Shown piece by piece: positions 41,909-50,827 of a stretch of DNA of 50,945 bases (within the stretch, counting starts at the first letter, position 1; each line of letters begins with the position of its first letter). Under the pieces are notes generated by a model that saw nothing but the letters and a program-made list of their open reading frames with translations, was not told where the DNA came from and did not search any database. The translations under genes were made by a program, and so were the position numbers. Source of the stretch: a virus. The DNA is taken from the IMG/VR virus record IMGVR_UViG_3300009314_000016; one strand, given 5' to 3'.

Positions 41909-42379
41909 TCATTGATATTTTATATATAAAATATTCACTATAGCCTTAGTTCGGTGCAAAACAGGTTCGTACAAAGTATCTAGTATACTCCTGTAATGCC
42001 CTTGTTTATGTTTAACTATCTCAGTATTAACAGTTGCATTACTAGATTCGTATGATTTCCAGTTTGATATAAAACTGAAGTAAACCCGGCTAATATCTTC
42101 GCTTAATAGTTTTCTTAATTCAAACATAGAAATAGCTGGTTTTCTATCTGTATTACCGTATATATAGCCAGCCAGTAAATTACAAAATAAAAGTATATCT
42201 ACTTTAAGATTTTTATATTTTTCAATAACCGTTTTAAACCAGTTGTACCCGTGTGTTTCTTCCGGTTCTAGATAGACTACCTCTACTTTAAAACCATATT
42301 TTTCGTATCTTTCACGATCTCTGCTAACTCTATTCAATTTACCTGTATTTTCTACACCTTCATAAACTTCCACCAGCAT
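41909..42379 (-). CDS. Hypothetical protein
   Basis: Track ORF, GGAGG before the ATG. Confidence 0.7.
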   Translation of the reverse strand: MLVEVYEGVENTGKLNRVSRDRERYEKYGFKVEVVYLEPEETHGYNWFKTVIEKYKNLKVDILLFCNLLAGYIYGNTDRKPAISMFELRKLLSEDISRVYFSFISNWKSYESSNATVNTEIVKHKQGHYRSILDTLYEPVLHRTKAIVNILYIKYQ

Positions 42380-42389
42380 TGAGTACCTC

Positions 42390-43883
42390 CTAAAACAGAC
42401 CTGGAAACATTTTATCTAGATACTCGTCTGTATTTACTTTAGCTTTTTTAGATACTTTTATACCTAATCGCTTATACACCTTGCTTCTAGAATACCATTG
42501 ACTTTTCAGTATTCCGTTATCGTAATCTACGTAATCGTAGACCGTAGCCACCTTACCCGGGTTAGCAGGGTCATACCTCATAACACGCCCTATTTCCTGT
42601 TCTATAGCTGCACCATCTTTATTCTTACCGGTGTCACCTCGCTTCGGAGTAATCAGGTATAATTGATTCAGGTTAGGTAGGTCCAAACCTTCCCTAGCCA
42701 GTTTAGTAGCTAGCAGTAAATCTATTTTGTTTTCAGCGAAGTCTTTTAATATAGAAGCTCTTTCTTTTTTATTTACTTTACCGTGAATGAATTCTATTCT
42801 AGCTGTTCTGTTCAGTACTTTTTCTAAAGTAGCTTTTATTTTTTCTCCGTATGCTACCCATTCCACTAATGCTAGTGATTTCTTACCTTTATAAGTATTT
42901 ATTATATCATTCACTATGTATTCTAGTCTATCCTCGCAACTAGTCAGTAACTCAACTAGTTTATGCCAATCGGAACCGTCACCACCTATATCTACTGATT
43001 TAGTATCTTCGAAAGCTGTAGATTTCTTGAAAGGTGTGTATCTTACTTCTAGCTGAGGTATTACTAGTTTTTTAGTGTTATATAATATAGATCTGTCTAT
43101 CTCAATCAGTTTAGGCCCGATACTGGCGTACATGATAGCCTGTAAACCATCCTTTCTGTCCGGTGTAGCGGTTAGACCTATTTTTCTAAAAGGTTTTAAA
43201 CCGTTCAAAACTTTATCAAACATAGAAGACGGTACATGATGTGATTCATCTACTATAACTAAACCTACATCATTAAATTCTTTTAAAAGATCTGGATTTC
43301 TGACTAGAGTTTGTACCGTAGCTATAGTCAGGTTTCGGCCTAATTGTTTTTTACCGTCTCCTATAAAACCAGATGTAGTATTTAAACATTGTTCAGCTCT
43401 TTCCGCCGACTGGTACATTAAATCCTTAGTATGGGTTAACCACAGAGTTTTTACCCCCATTTTCTTTATGATGTTCATACCTATTATAGTTTTACCGCCT
43501 CCAGCTGGTACTACTATACAACCTGATTTTTCTAAACCTTTAGAAACGCAATCCTCCTGGTAATCCCTTAATTTAAACTTTTCATTCCATTTATATGTAA
43601 CTCTAAAACCTGAATTTAACGAGTTTAAAACCTTATATAGTACATTAAGTTCTTCTAATGAGTTTAAAACGTCATTTAACTGACCTGTATCAAAAGTTAG
43701 ATCTTTGTTTTCTGATAATTTAAACAGGTATAATATTTTAGGTGTACCGAAGGTTTTTAATTTTAATCTCTGTTTTTTTATATAAACTGGATTAGGTATC
43801 CAGAATTTTTTACAGCAGTGGGTTACCAGGTTTTTAGGAGCGTCTTTTACTATAAGTTTTTTACCTAACATAACATGGGTCAT
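42390..43883 (-). CDS. SF2 DEXH-box DNA helicase
   Basis: VPAGGGKT (motif I), VDESHH (II), LTATP (III), QEIGRVMR (VI). Confidence 0.85.
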   Translation of the reverse strand: MTHVMLGKKLIVKDAPKNLVTHCCKKFWIPNPVYIKKQRLKLKTFGTPKILYLFKLSENKDLTFDTGQLNDVLNSLEELNVLYKVLNSLNSGFRVTYKWNEKFKLRDYQEDCVSKGLEKSGCIVVPAGGGKTIIGMNIIKKMGVKTLWLTHTKDLMYQSAERAEQCLNTTSGFIGDGKKQLGRNLTIATVQTLVRNPDLLKEFNDVGLVIVDESHHVPSSMFDKVLNGLKPFRKIGLTATPDRKDGLQAIMYASIGPKLIEIDRSILYNTKKLVIPQLEVRYTPFKKSTAFEDTKSVDIGGDGSDWHKLVELLTSCEDRLEYIVNDIINTYKGKKSLALVEWVAYGEKIKATLEKVLNRTARIEFIHGKVNKKERASILKDFAENKIDLLLATKLAREGLDLPNLNQLYLITPKRGDTGKNKDGAAIEQEIGRVMRYDPANPGKVATVYDYVDYDNGILKSQWYSRSKVYKRLGIKVSKKAKVNTDEYLDKMFPGLF

Positions 43884-43887
43884 TTAA

Positions 43888-44349
43888 TCACTCCTTAGTT
43901 TTTAATTCGTATAGAAATTCCTCAAACCGGCTTAAATCGTATAAACCATCTATCATATCAGCGAAAAAAACACATTTTAACTTAGGTATATCACTAAAAT
44001 ATAGATTAGACGTATTATTTTTCTTGCAATAATCTAATAAATCGTATAATCGTACTATTATAGCTGATTTATACATAAAAAATTCTATAGACACCAATCC
44101 GTAGCAGTCGGTGAATTTCTTTTCGAATTCTATAAGTGATTTCATTTGATGAGGTTTAATATTACGTATGTTAAAGTAATCAGCCGCAGTACTTTTAAGC
44201 TCATTAAAAACCCTAAAATCTTTAAAATCTATCCGCTCGTCTGCGGGTCTTTCCGCGCCAGTATCCACTAGATTAGCTCTGATTAGATTTATATTTGAGG
44301 CGGCCCAGCTTTTCGCCAGTACCGCCTCAAATTTTTTACCTATATTCAT
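43888..44349 (-). CDS. PD-(D/E)XK nuclease, RecU-like Holliday junction resolvase candidate
   Basis: D...(DF)...ELK arrangement (ADERIDFKDFRVFNELKST). Size and position beside the helicase. Confidence 0.45.
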   Translation of the reverse strand: MNIGKKFEAVLAKSWAASNINLIRANLVDTGAERPADERIDFKDFRVFNELKSTAADYFNIRNIKPHQMKSLIEFEKKFTDCYGLVSIEFFMYKSAIIVRLYDLLDYCKKNNTSNLYFSDIPKLKCVFFADMIDGLYDLSRFEEFLYELKTKE

Positions 44350-44754
44350 TTACTTAATTATTACACTCAGCATTTGAGCTTTTATTTGCTGAGCCTGGTT
44401 AACGATTTCCGCAGCTTTAGTTTCCTGTTCTGCTATATATTTTTTCAATAAAAGTTTATTCATATCAATATCATTTAATATATTACTAGCTTTGTTTTTT
44501 ACTGTATCTAAATCTGTTTTTATTTGTACTATCTCAGCTGATTCTTTTTTAGTCTCACTAGCTATCAAAGCTTTTCTTTCGTCAGCATTTTTAGCTTTGA
44601 TATCTCCTTTTGCTATTTTAACAGTGATATCTGTTTCCCTGTTCATCAGGTTGAATTTAGCTTGCGACATTTTTCTGTTAAGTATATCAGACTCACAGTT
44701 CAACTTGTTTAATTCTTCATAACATAATCTTATATCTCTTTCAAATGTTTGCAT
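44350..44754 (-). CDS. Hypothetical coiled-coil protein
   Basis: Track ORF, GGAGG before the ATG. Confidence 0.65.
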   Translation of the reverse strand: MQTFERDIRLCYEELNKLNCESDILNRKMSQAKFNLMNRETDITVKIAKGDIKAKNADERKALIASETKKESAEIVQIKTDLDTVKNKASNILNDIDMNKLLLKKYIAEQETKAAEIVNQAQQIKAQMLSVIIK

Positions 44755-44782
44755 TTATATTTTCCTCCGTTTTTATTTTAAA

Positions 44783-45397
44783 TTAAATTTTTTCTATAAG
44801 TTCAAATGATACCGCGTTCCAGTGGTTTTTTTCATATGACATAGCTACTGTAGAGATTCTAGTTAAAACTTCTTGAAGTCCTAGATCTTTATCTAAGTAA
44901 ATAGATTTACTGTATTTACCGAAATTTTTCTTACTGCTTTTACTCATGTTAACAGCATATAGTTTACCCTCTGCAGTCATGAAAGTAATGATATATCTTT
45001 GTGCTATATCAGATTTATCGTATAACTGTCCAAACATCTCTACTGATCCATTAGCGGCTATTTCTTCGAACTGTTCCTCTGCTTCTTCTTGAGTCTTTTG
45101 TGATATTAATAATTTACCTTCTTCAGGAGTTTCTTCTTTCCCCCATAAAACAAATTGAGGTTCCCCTGAAACTATTACTGCATCTAACGAGTCATAAATC
45201 TTTTTATCGTCATCTGCTTCGTAAAATTGACCCTTAGAATTGATTTTTAAGTATGTTCCCATATCTACATAATCTAAATCAAATCCCTTGTTCTTTTCCT
45301 TAAAATCTTTCATTTTTGCTGCGTAATCGAAATTACTGATTACTGTTACCTCTTTTGCCGGTGATAAAGCCAAGTCCATTTTAGTTTCCTGTGTCAT
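44783..45397 (-). CDS. Hypothetical protein in the replication/recombination module (SSB or annealing role not demonstrable)
   Basis: Track ORF, GGAGGAG before the ATG. Confidence 0.65.
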   Translation of the reverse strand: MTQETKMDLALSPAKEVTVISNFDYAAKMKDFKEKNKGFDLDYVDMGTYLKINSKGQFYEADDDKKIYDSLDAVIVSGEPQFVLWGKEETPEEGKLLISQKTQEEAEEQFEEIAANGSVEMFGQLYDKSDIAQRYIITFMTAEGKLYAVNMSKSSKKNFGKYSKSIYLDKDLGLQEVLTRISTVAMSYEKNHWNAVSFELIEKI

Positions 45398-46275
45398 TAA
45401 TAATCTCCTCCATTTTCTTTTTTGTATTCTTTTATTATTGAATTAAATTGTAACTGCTGTATTAAAGTAAAAAATTCCTGTTTAGGTTCAGTAACTTCTG
45501 CATCTTTTAAATCTAACTTTAAATCTATATTAGAATACAAATAAGTCAATTGTCTACTAATAAAAGCATCCTGATAACCGGCTTGCATCTTTTCTTTAAG
45601 TTTTCCTTTTAAACAATTTACGTTCTTATAAATATTTTCTAAAGTACCGTACTCGCTAAGAAGTTTTAAAGCTGTTTTTACTCCCACGCCTTTTACACCC
45701 GGTATTCCATCTGAAGCATCACCCATTAACCCGAAAAGGTCCGGTATAACTTCAGGGGTCACTCCTATGTAATTATATACCTCTTCATGATTAGATATTT
45801 TAATTACATTATCTTTTCTTAAAAGCAAAGCTGTAACACTGTTTTCTTCATTTATCAGTTGTAAAAGATCTTTATCACCTGTTACAATGAATTTTTCATA
45901 ATCTTTATCTAGGACATTTGTAACTAAGGTAGCTATCACATCATCTGCCTCGTAACCTTCCGAAGTTAGATAAGGTACGTTAAGGTACTTCATCATTGTT
46001 TTTATGGTAGCTAACTGGTCTAAAAGTTCCTCAGGTGTTTCTTTTCTTCCAGATTTGTAATTTTCATATACATCTTTTCTTTTTAACCTAGCTTTCAGGT
46101 CAGATGCAGCTATCACGTAATCAGGGTTAACGTCTTTTAACATCTTTCTATACGTTTTTAAAAACCCGTAGATAGCCCCTGTCGGTATCCCTCCAGTTGT
46201 GGCCATCATCCTTAAAGGAAAATAACTACGATAAGCTATAGCGTTTACATCTAATATTAATATTTTTTTACTCAA
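45397..46275 (-). CDS. 5'-3' exonuclease / flap endonuclease (Pol I N-terminal domain family)
   Basis: LDVNAIAYRSYF, EGYEADDVIATL, TGDKDLLQL and GDASDGIPGVKGVGVKTALKLL (H3TH). The TTG at 46275 follows GGAGGTG (track start 46290). Confidence 0.85.
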   Translation of the reverse strand: MSKKILILDVNAIAYRSYFPLRMMATTGGIPTGAIYGFLKTYRKMLKDVNPDYVIAASDLKARLKRKDVYENYKSGRKETPEELLDQLATIKTMMKYLNVPYLTSEGYEADDVIATLVTNVLDKDYEKFIVTGDKDLLQLINEENSVTALLLRKDNVIKISNHEEVYNYIGVTPEVIPDLFGLMGDASDGIPGVKGVGVKTALKLLSEYGTLENIYKNVNCLKGKLKEKMQAGYQDAFISRQLTYLYSNIDLKLDLKDAEVTEPKQEFFTLIQQLQFNSIIKEYKKENGGDY

Positions 46276-46295
46276 GTTTTGCACCTCCACATGCT

Positions 46296-46571
46296 TTACG
46301 AGTATTCTTCTATAAGAGCTTTTCTTATAAATTGTTTTCTAATTTTAATATGTTTCCATTTTTCTTCACCCTCTTTTGTGTACTTTATTTCTTTCTTTTT
46401 CAAAAGAGAAGGTACTGTATGGTAACTTACTCCGAATATTTCAGCGATATTTTTTCTAGTTAAAATTTCATCATAATCTTTTAATATATCGTCTACTATT
46501 ATTTCTACTTCTGTAAGCTCATTAACCTCACCTGTTACTAGTTTATTTTCTTCTATCACATTCTCCTCCAT
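46296..46571 (-). CDS. Helix-turn-helix DNA-binding protein
   Basis: RKNIAEIFGVSYHTVPSLLKKKEI is HTH-like. First gene after the 46603 promoter. Confidence 0.55.
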   Translation of the reverse strand: MEENVIEENKLVTGEVNELTEVEIIVDDILKDYDEILTRKNIAEIFGVSYHTVPSLLKKKEIKYTKEGEEKWKHIKIRKQFIRKALIEEYS

Positions 46572-46602
46572 GGTATAATATCACCTCCTAAATATAGTAC
46601 AT

Positions 46603-46648
46603 ATTATACCATATTTTCATAGTTTTGTATAGTTTTTTTAAGTTTTTT
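46603..46648 (-). promoter_or_regulatory. Leftward sigma70-type promoter with A-tracts
   Basis: Minus strand: AAAAAACTTAAAAAAAC, TATACA (46626-46631), 17 nt, TGgTATAAT (-10 at 46603-46608). Confidence 0.65.
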
Positions 46649-47534
46649 ACAGTTTTATATATTCTAAAACTTTAGTCTTAATATTACCAGGTACTCCATG
46701 TTTTTTAAATATATAATTCACTACTTCTTCAGAAGTAAATATATCTGACATACTACCTAAAGTATCGTCCATGATCTGTTTTATATTTTCTTTTTTCTTT
46801 TCTATTAATTCTTTGTCGAAAGAATCTCTTAAATTTAAATTTATCCTTTCCAACATGTTTGTATTAGTTTCGTAAATACCTACCTCTACTTCTCTGCCCA
46901 TATCGTCTTTAGCAGCGGTCAGCCGTATCAGTGCCCCAGGGTTATAGATAATAGTATTAGATTTCGAGGTAACTAAAAACTTATTATGGTTATGCCCTGT
47001 TATTATTAAATCGGCCTGAGATACTACATCTTTAGCCAAGGATGTATCAAACATTTCAACGTTTTCTGATATCATAGTATGCGTTAATATTATATTTCTT
47101 TGCATACCCATCAAATCCATATCGAAATTATTATTTCCGTAAGCGTTGAATTTAGTTACTACATCTTTAGAAATTACCTTATTTTTATTTATTATAACTT
47201 TTAAGTTAGGTACGAGTTTATCTAGTATAGCTAAACTTGTATTTTCGTAAGAATTCAATGAGTTACCTATCATATCATGATTACCTACTACAGTATATAT
47301 AGTAGAGTCTGTCGGAAACATGTTCAGACATTTTTTAGCTAACAATAGTGTTTCGTTGGGTACTTTGGATTTGTCGAAAACATCACCTGTTAAAAATATA
47401 GTTTTTACTCTTTTTTCATCTAAAATCTCTGATACCTGTGTAAATTTTTCTATAAAAGTTTCTTTGATGTCATCTAATCTACTGACAGGGGTATTGATTC
47501 TGAAATGAATATCACCTATTATACCTATCTTCAT
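46647..47534 (-). CDS. SbcD/Mre11-like metallophosphoesterase nuclease
   Basis: IIGDIHF, GDVFD, GNHD and GHNH motifs in the canonical order. Confidence 0.8.
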   Translation of the reverse strand: MKIGIIGDIHFRINTPVSRLDDIKETFIEKFTQVSEILDEKRVKTIFLTGDVFDKSKVPNETLLLAKKCLNMFPTDSTIYTVVGNHDMIGNSLNSYENTSLAILDKLVPNLKVIINKNKVISKDVVTKFNAYGNNNFDMDLMGMQRNIILTHTMISENVEMFDTSLAKDVVSQADLIITGHNHNKFLVTSKSNTIIYNPGALIRLTAAKDDMGREVEVGIYETNTNMLERINLNLRDSFDKELIEKKKENIKQIMDDTLGSMSDIFTSEEVVNYIFKKHGVPGNIKTKVLEYIKL

Positions 47535-47838
47535 TTTTTACCTCCGTCTTTGTTAGTGTTATGCTTCTAGAATTCTGCTCTCTTATAAGCCTGCACATAG
47601 TATCATCCGATAAAGTATTCAACAGGTCTTTAGATATTTCAGGATAGTCAGGAGTTAATTTCACTAAATAGTGGATATCTCTTTGTACAGTAGTTAAATC
47701 ACGGCGATGTACACTGTATTTATCCTGTAAGTCGTAGTACTGTTTCTTATAAGTTTCTATATCTTTTTTTAACGGTAATCTACCTAAAAAATAAAAAACT
47801 AAAGCTATTAAAGCGTGAGTCAGTATCATGTTAATCAT
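47512..47838 (-). CDS. Membrane-anchored hypothetical protein
   Basis: Track ORF with an N-terminal hydrophobic helix. Confidence 0.6.
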   Translation of the reverse strand: MINMILTHALIALVFYFLGRLPLKKDIETYKKQYYDLQDKYSVHRRDLTTVQRDIHYLVKLTPDYPEISKDLLNTLSDDTMCRLIREQNSRSITLTKTEVKNEDRYNR

Positions 47839-48091
47839 AAGAATCGCCTAAAAAATCATCGGGAACTATAATACGCAGATTATCTATCTCTTGTATTTTT
47901 TCTACTACTTTACACAACAGTTTAACCAGGTTTTTAACTGATTTTCTTTTATCTCTTTTTAATTTCTCTAAAACATAACTTATTTCCTGGTTCAATATAG
48001 TGTCAGATCGTAACGGAACTAACATTTCTAAGTATTCTTTTTTCTCTCGAACTAACCTCTCTCTTTCCTTATGTATTTTTTCAAATGTCAT
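47831..48091 (-). CDS. Hypothetical protein
   Basis: Track ORF, GGAGG before the ATG. Confidence 0.65.
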   Translation of the reverse strand: MTFEKIHKERERLVREKKEYLEMLVPLRSDTILNQEISYVLEKLKRDKRKSVKNLVKLLCKVVEKIQEIDNLRIIVPDDFLGDSYD

Positions 48092-48305
48092 CTCTCAGAA
48101 CCTCCTTAGATAAAAGGTTGACTGAGTCATCTTTTATCTCGAAAAATTCAAATCTAACGGTTTCTAGTTGACCTTCAAAACCTGATAAAGAAAGTTTTTC
48201 AGCTTCTTTTTTAGTATACAGTTTATTAAGAACTTCAGAATCTTTCTGCCAACCACCGAATGTTTTTCTATTTACTTTTTTAACAGCCAGTATATTTTTA
48301 ATCAT
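48081..48305 (-). CDS. Hypothetical protein
   Basis: Track ORF, GGAGG before the ATG. Confidence 0.65.
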   Translation of the reverse strand: MIKNILAVKKVNRKTFGGWQKDSEVLNKLYTKKEAEKLSLSGFEGQLETVRFEFFEIKDDSVNLLSKEVLRDDI

Positions 48306-48307
48306 TT

Positions 48308-48925
48308 TTAATCCTCCATTCTCATAATATTTATTTTATTTGTTAATTTGTCGGTTCTGTAATCGTATTTTTTATGAGATATTAAAAGTATCTGTATATT
48401 TTTTTCTTCGGAAAATCTTTTTAAAAATTCTAAAAACCTGGTAGAGGCTTCTAGATCTACCATTTTCATAGTCTCGTCTAGTAATATGATCTTCTGTCTC
48501 TGTATATATACAGCAGATAGGTATAACAATAAACCTATGATAGTTATAATACCCCCTCCGTCTCCCTTGAAAGGATGTTTTAGGAGTAATTCATTTAAAT
48601 AAAAGTCAGGTTCTATCTTACCCCTTTTCAAAACAAAGTCCATAGAGAACTTTAATTCTTTTTCGGGATAAGTGTATTTCAGGCCTGAATTAACTATATT
48701 TTCTAACATAAAAATCTCTTGTTTTTTATAGTTAGAGATTTCCAGTATAATTTTCTTGGCTTCTTCTAAACTGTCTAGTTCTAAGCTATCTTTTAAAATT
48801 ACCCTAGCCAGAGACTTTACAGACCCTTTGATAGAGTTAATTCTGAAATCTCTCTGCATAATTATAGTATTAACTCTAGCTATGCAATCACATATCGACT
48901 TTTCTAAGTATTTCTTCTGATTCAT
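48308..48925 (-). CDS. Rad50/SbcC-like ATPase, C-terminal half (signature-like, Walker B, H-loop)
   Basis: GDGGGIITIIGLLLYLS, IILLDETMKMVD, ILLISHK. GGAGAG before the ATG. Confidence 0.65.
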   Translation of the reverse strand: MNQKKYLEKSICDCIARVNTIIMQRDFRINSIKGSVKSLARVILKDSLELDSLEEAKKIILEISNYKKQEIFMLENIVNSGLKYTYPEKELKFSMDFVLKRGKIEPDFYLNELLLKHPFKGDGGGIITIIGLLLYLSAVYIQRQKIILLDETMKMVDLEASTRFLEFLKRFSEEKNIQILLISHKKYDYRTDKLTNKINIMRMED

Positions 48926-49151
48926 CTAAATCACTCTCCAACTTAGTTAAAGAATCCTCTAAAAGCTTTTCCTGCTCCAAAATAACCTCATCTATATTAT
49001 CGCCGGTTACATGTATGTTTTTAGCTGCTAGAAGGTCTATTATCTCCTCAGCTTCTATCTGCTTCTGCTTCTGTAATGTTTTGGCTTGGATGATCCTCTC
49101 GTTAATCTGATCCTTTCTTTTTAACAGCTGTTGTATCTTTTCTTCTGTCAT
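48888..49151 (-). CDS. Rad50/SbcC-like coiled-coil segment (middle ORF of a split gene)
   Basis: 87-aa all-helical E/K/Q/L-rich ORF. Starts 2 nt after the stop of 49154-50326. Confidence 0.55.
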   Translation of the reverse strand: MTEEKIQQLLKRKDQINERIIQAKTLQKQKQIEAEEIIDLLAAKNIHVTGDNIDEVILEQEKLLEDSLTKLESDLDESEEILRKVDM

Positions 49152-49153
49152 TG

Positions 49154-50326
49154 TTAACCCCCTATTTGTTTTTTACACAAAGGACATGCCTGTCCTTTTA
49201 ATTCATTGTCTATGTCAGATAATTCATCCGAATAACCTGATAGTTCATCCTCTGATGCATGGTACATATTTATTTTCTTTTTTAAATTTCTAAGTGTTTT
49301 CACACTATCATAGATATCGCTAGATGAATCAGTTATTTTAGTTACTTCTATATTGCAATGTAAAAGTTTTTCTTTGTATTCTTTAAGTTTTTCTAATGTA
49401 AAATATTCTGCTGTAGAATTAATTCTATGTAAAGTAAAATCATATTTATTCAGACTTTTCAACTGGTTTAACATAGATAAAGACTTGTATATGCTTTCAC
49501 AGTCAGTAGACAATGAGTCTAGTAGTTTTATAGCATTTAGACTTATTTTTTCCTTATACCTGATAAGTTCTTTTAGTACAGATCGAATATCGTTAAGTTT
49601 AGCTACAGTGACTTTGCAGGTTAAATCTTTTATACTAGATAGAAATTTTATGTCTACAGACAGTCTATATAACCTGCTGAATATAGTAACGTCGTAATCT
49701 AGTTTATCAGGTATCACATGCTGTATTACTTTTAGATTTTTTAACAATAAATGCAAATTGTTTGATACTTCTAGTTCGCTTTTTATGATAGACCCGTCTA
49801 GGGTTATTTTCGATAAAGCGTCTAAATCATCTAATTTAGAATCTAACTTAACCTGATTACTATCTACAGAAGATTTGAGTGATGTTATATCTTTTGATAT
49901 GTCGGATAAACCTTTCTCTATATTCTCTATATCAAATAACTCGTTTAGTATGTTTATCCTCTCTCCAGGTTTATCTGATAACAGATAAATACTATCAAAC
50001 TGACTATACAAAACTAATTTTAAGTCTATTCTAATTAAATTTTCCAGAGGTTCTTTCGTGGTACCGACCTCTTTACCATCGAGATACACAAAATATTTAG
50101 TACCTTTGCAGTATCTTTCTACGGTAAACTTTTCAGTGATTATTTTTACAGAGCTTGAGTTCTCTCCGTCAGTGATAAAATTATTCTTACCGCCATGTAT
50201 AAGCCAATGGATCGCATGGAAGATAGCTGATTTACCGGAACCGTTAGTTCCTGTTAGAACAGCTAAACTGCTAAATGATATATCTAAGTTTCTGTGACAC
50301 ATGTAATTTTTTATAAGTATCTTCAT
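49154..50326 (-). CDS. Rad50/SbcC-like ATPase, N-terminal half with coiled coil ending at a CxxC zinc hook
   Basis: LTGTNGSGKSAIFHAI Walker A, a long coiled coil, then C-terminal GQACPLCKKQIGG*. Confidence 0.7.
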   Translation of the reverse strand: MKILIKNYMCHRNLDISFSSLAVLTGTNGSGKSAIFHAIHWLIHGGKNNFITDGENSSSVKIITEKFTVERYCKGTKYFVYLDGKEVGTTKEPLENLIRIDLKLVLYSQFDSIYLLSDKPGERINILNELFDIENIEKGLSDISKDITSLKSSVDSNQVKLDSKLDDLDALSKITLDGSIIKSELEVSNNLHLLLKNLKVIQHVIPDKLDYDVTIFSRLYRLSVDIKFLSSIKDLTCKVTVAKLNDIRSVLKELIRYKEKISLNAIKLLDSLSTDCESIYKSLSMLNQLKSLNKYDFTLHRINSTAEYFTLEKLKEYKEKLLHCNIEVTKITDSSSDIYDSVKTLRNLKKKINMYHASEDELSGYSDELSDIDNELKGQACPLCKKQIGG

Positions 50327-50355
50327 TTTTACTAATCACCTCCTAACAGTGAGTT

Positions 50356-50419
50356 ATTTTAACATAAAAAAGACTGTTTGTCTACACTTTTTTTAACTTT
50401 TTTTAACTTTTTTTAACTT
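50356..50419 (-). promoter_or_regulatory. Leftward sigma70-type promoter with three phased A-tract repeats
   Basis: Minus strand: (GTTAAAAAAA)x3, GTG, TAGACA (50379-50384), 17 nt, TAAAAT (50356-50361). Confidence 0.65.
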
Positions 50420-50439
50420 AACTACTCTTTCGTTTAGCA

Positions 50440-50826
50440 ATTGTAAGTATACTTATTTTTTTTCTTTTTTTTTTTTATTTATTTTTTCATTCCCTTGAGT
50501 CAATAGAAATGTATTATATTAAGTATATATGAAATATATGATACATATAGTAAAAGTGTAAATAATTTATAAAAAGTTAAGAAAAGTGTTTCTGTCGTTG
50601 AGTACATGTTTTTTACCTTTTTTAATTTTTTACTTTTTAAAACTTTTTTTTCTGGAAAAACTGGTACACAGATTTTCGAAGTTTAAGAAAAGTTAACAAA
50701 AGTTATAAAAACTATTCGTAAAAAGTTAATAAAAGTGTAAAAATACAGTAAAAGTGTGTACCACCTATGTACCACCTATGTACCACTTAGCTTTAAAATG
50801 TACCAGTTTTGAGGGTAAATGTACCA
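50440..50826. other. Non-coding origin-like / genome-end-like region
   Basis: No ORF with an SD. Contains a 32-nt poly-T tract (50456-50487), eight AAAAGT(G/T)(T/A) boxes, a 20-bp direct repeat and five TGTACCA(C/G) iterons. Confidence 0.5.
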
Positions 50827-50827
50827 C
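50757..50827 (+). repeat. Five TGTACCA(C/G) iterons, the first three as an 11-bp tandem repeat
   Basis: Copies at 50757, 50768, 50779, 50799 (TGTACCAG) and 50820. Confidence 0.9.

Noticed and set aside
505-50297. Other antisense or embedded track ORFs (505-744, 6058-6282, 8999-9283, 9551-9733, 13485-13694, 19768-19974, 22076-22318, 23140-23358, 24193-24573, 24679-24864, 26470-26721, 28576-28857, 32053-32244, 35015-35353, 36652-36834, 39121-39318, 40352-40582, 44492-44722, 47320-47508, 49353-49697, 50058-50297)
   Set aside because: Each lies entirely inside a longer opposite-strand gene that has an SD and/or recognisable motifs. None has a convincing SD, and their compositions look like antisense shadows.
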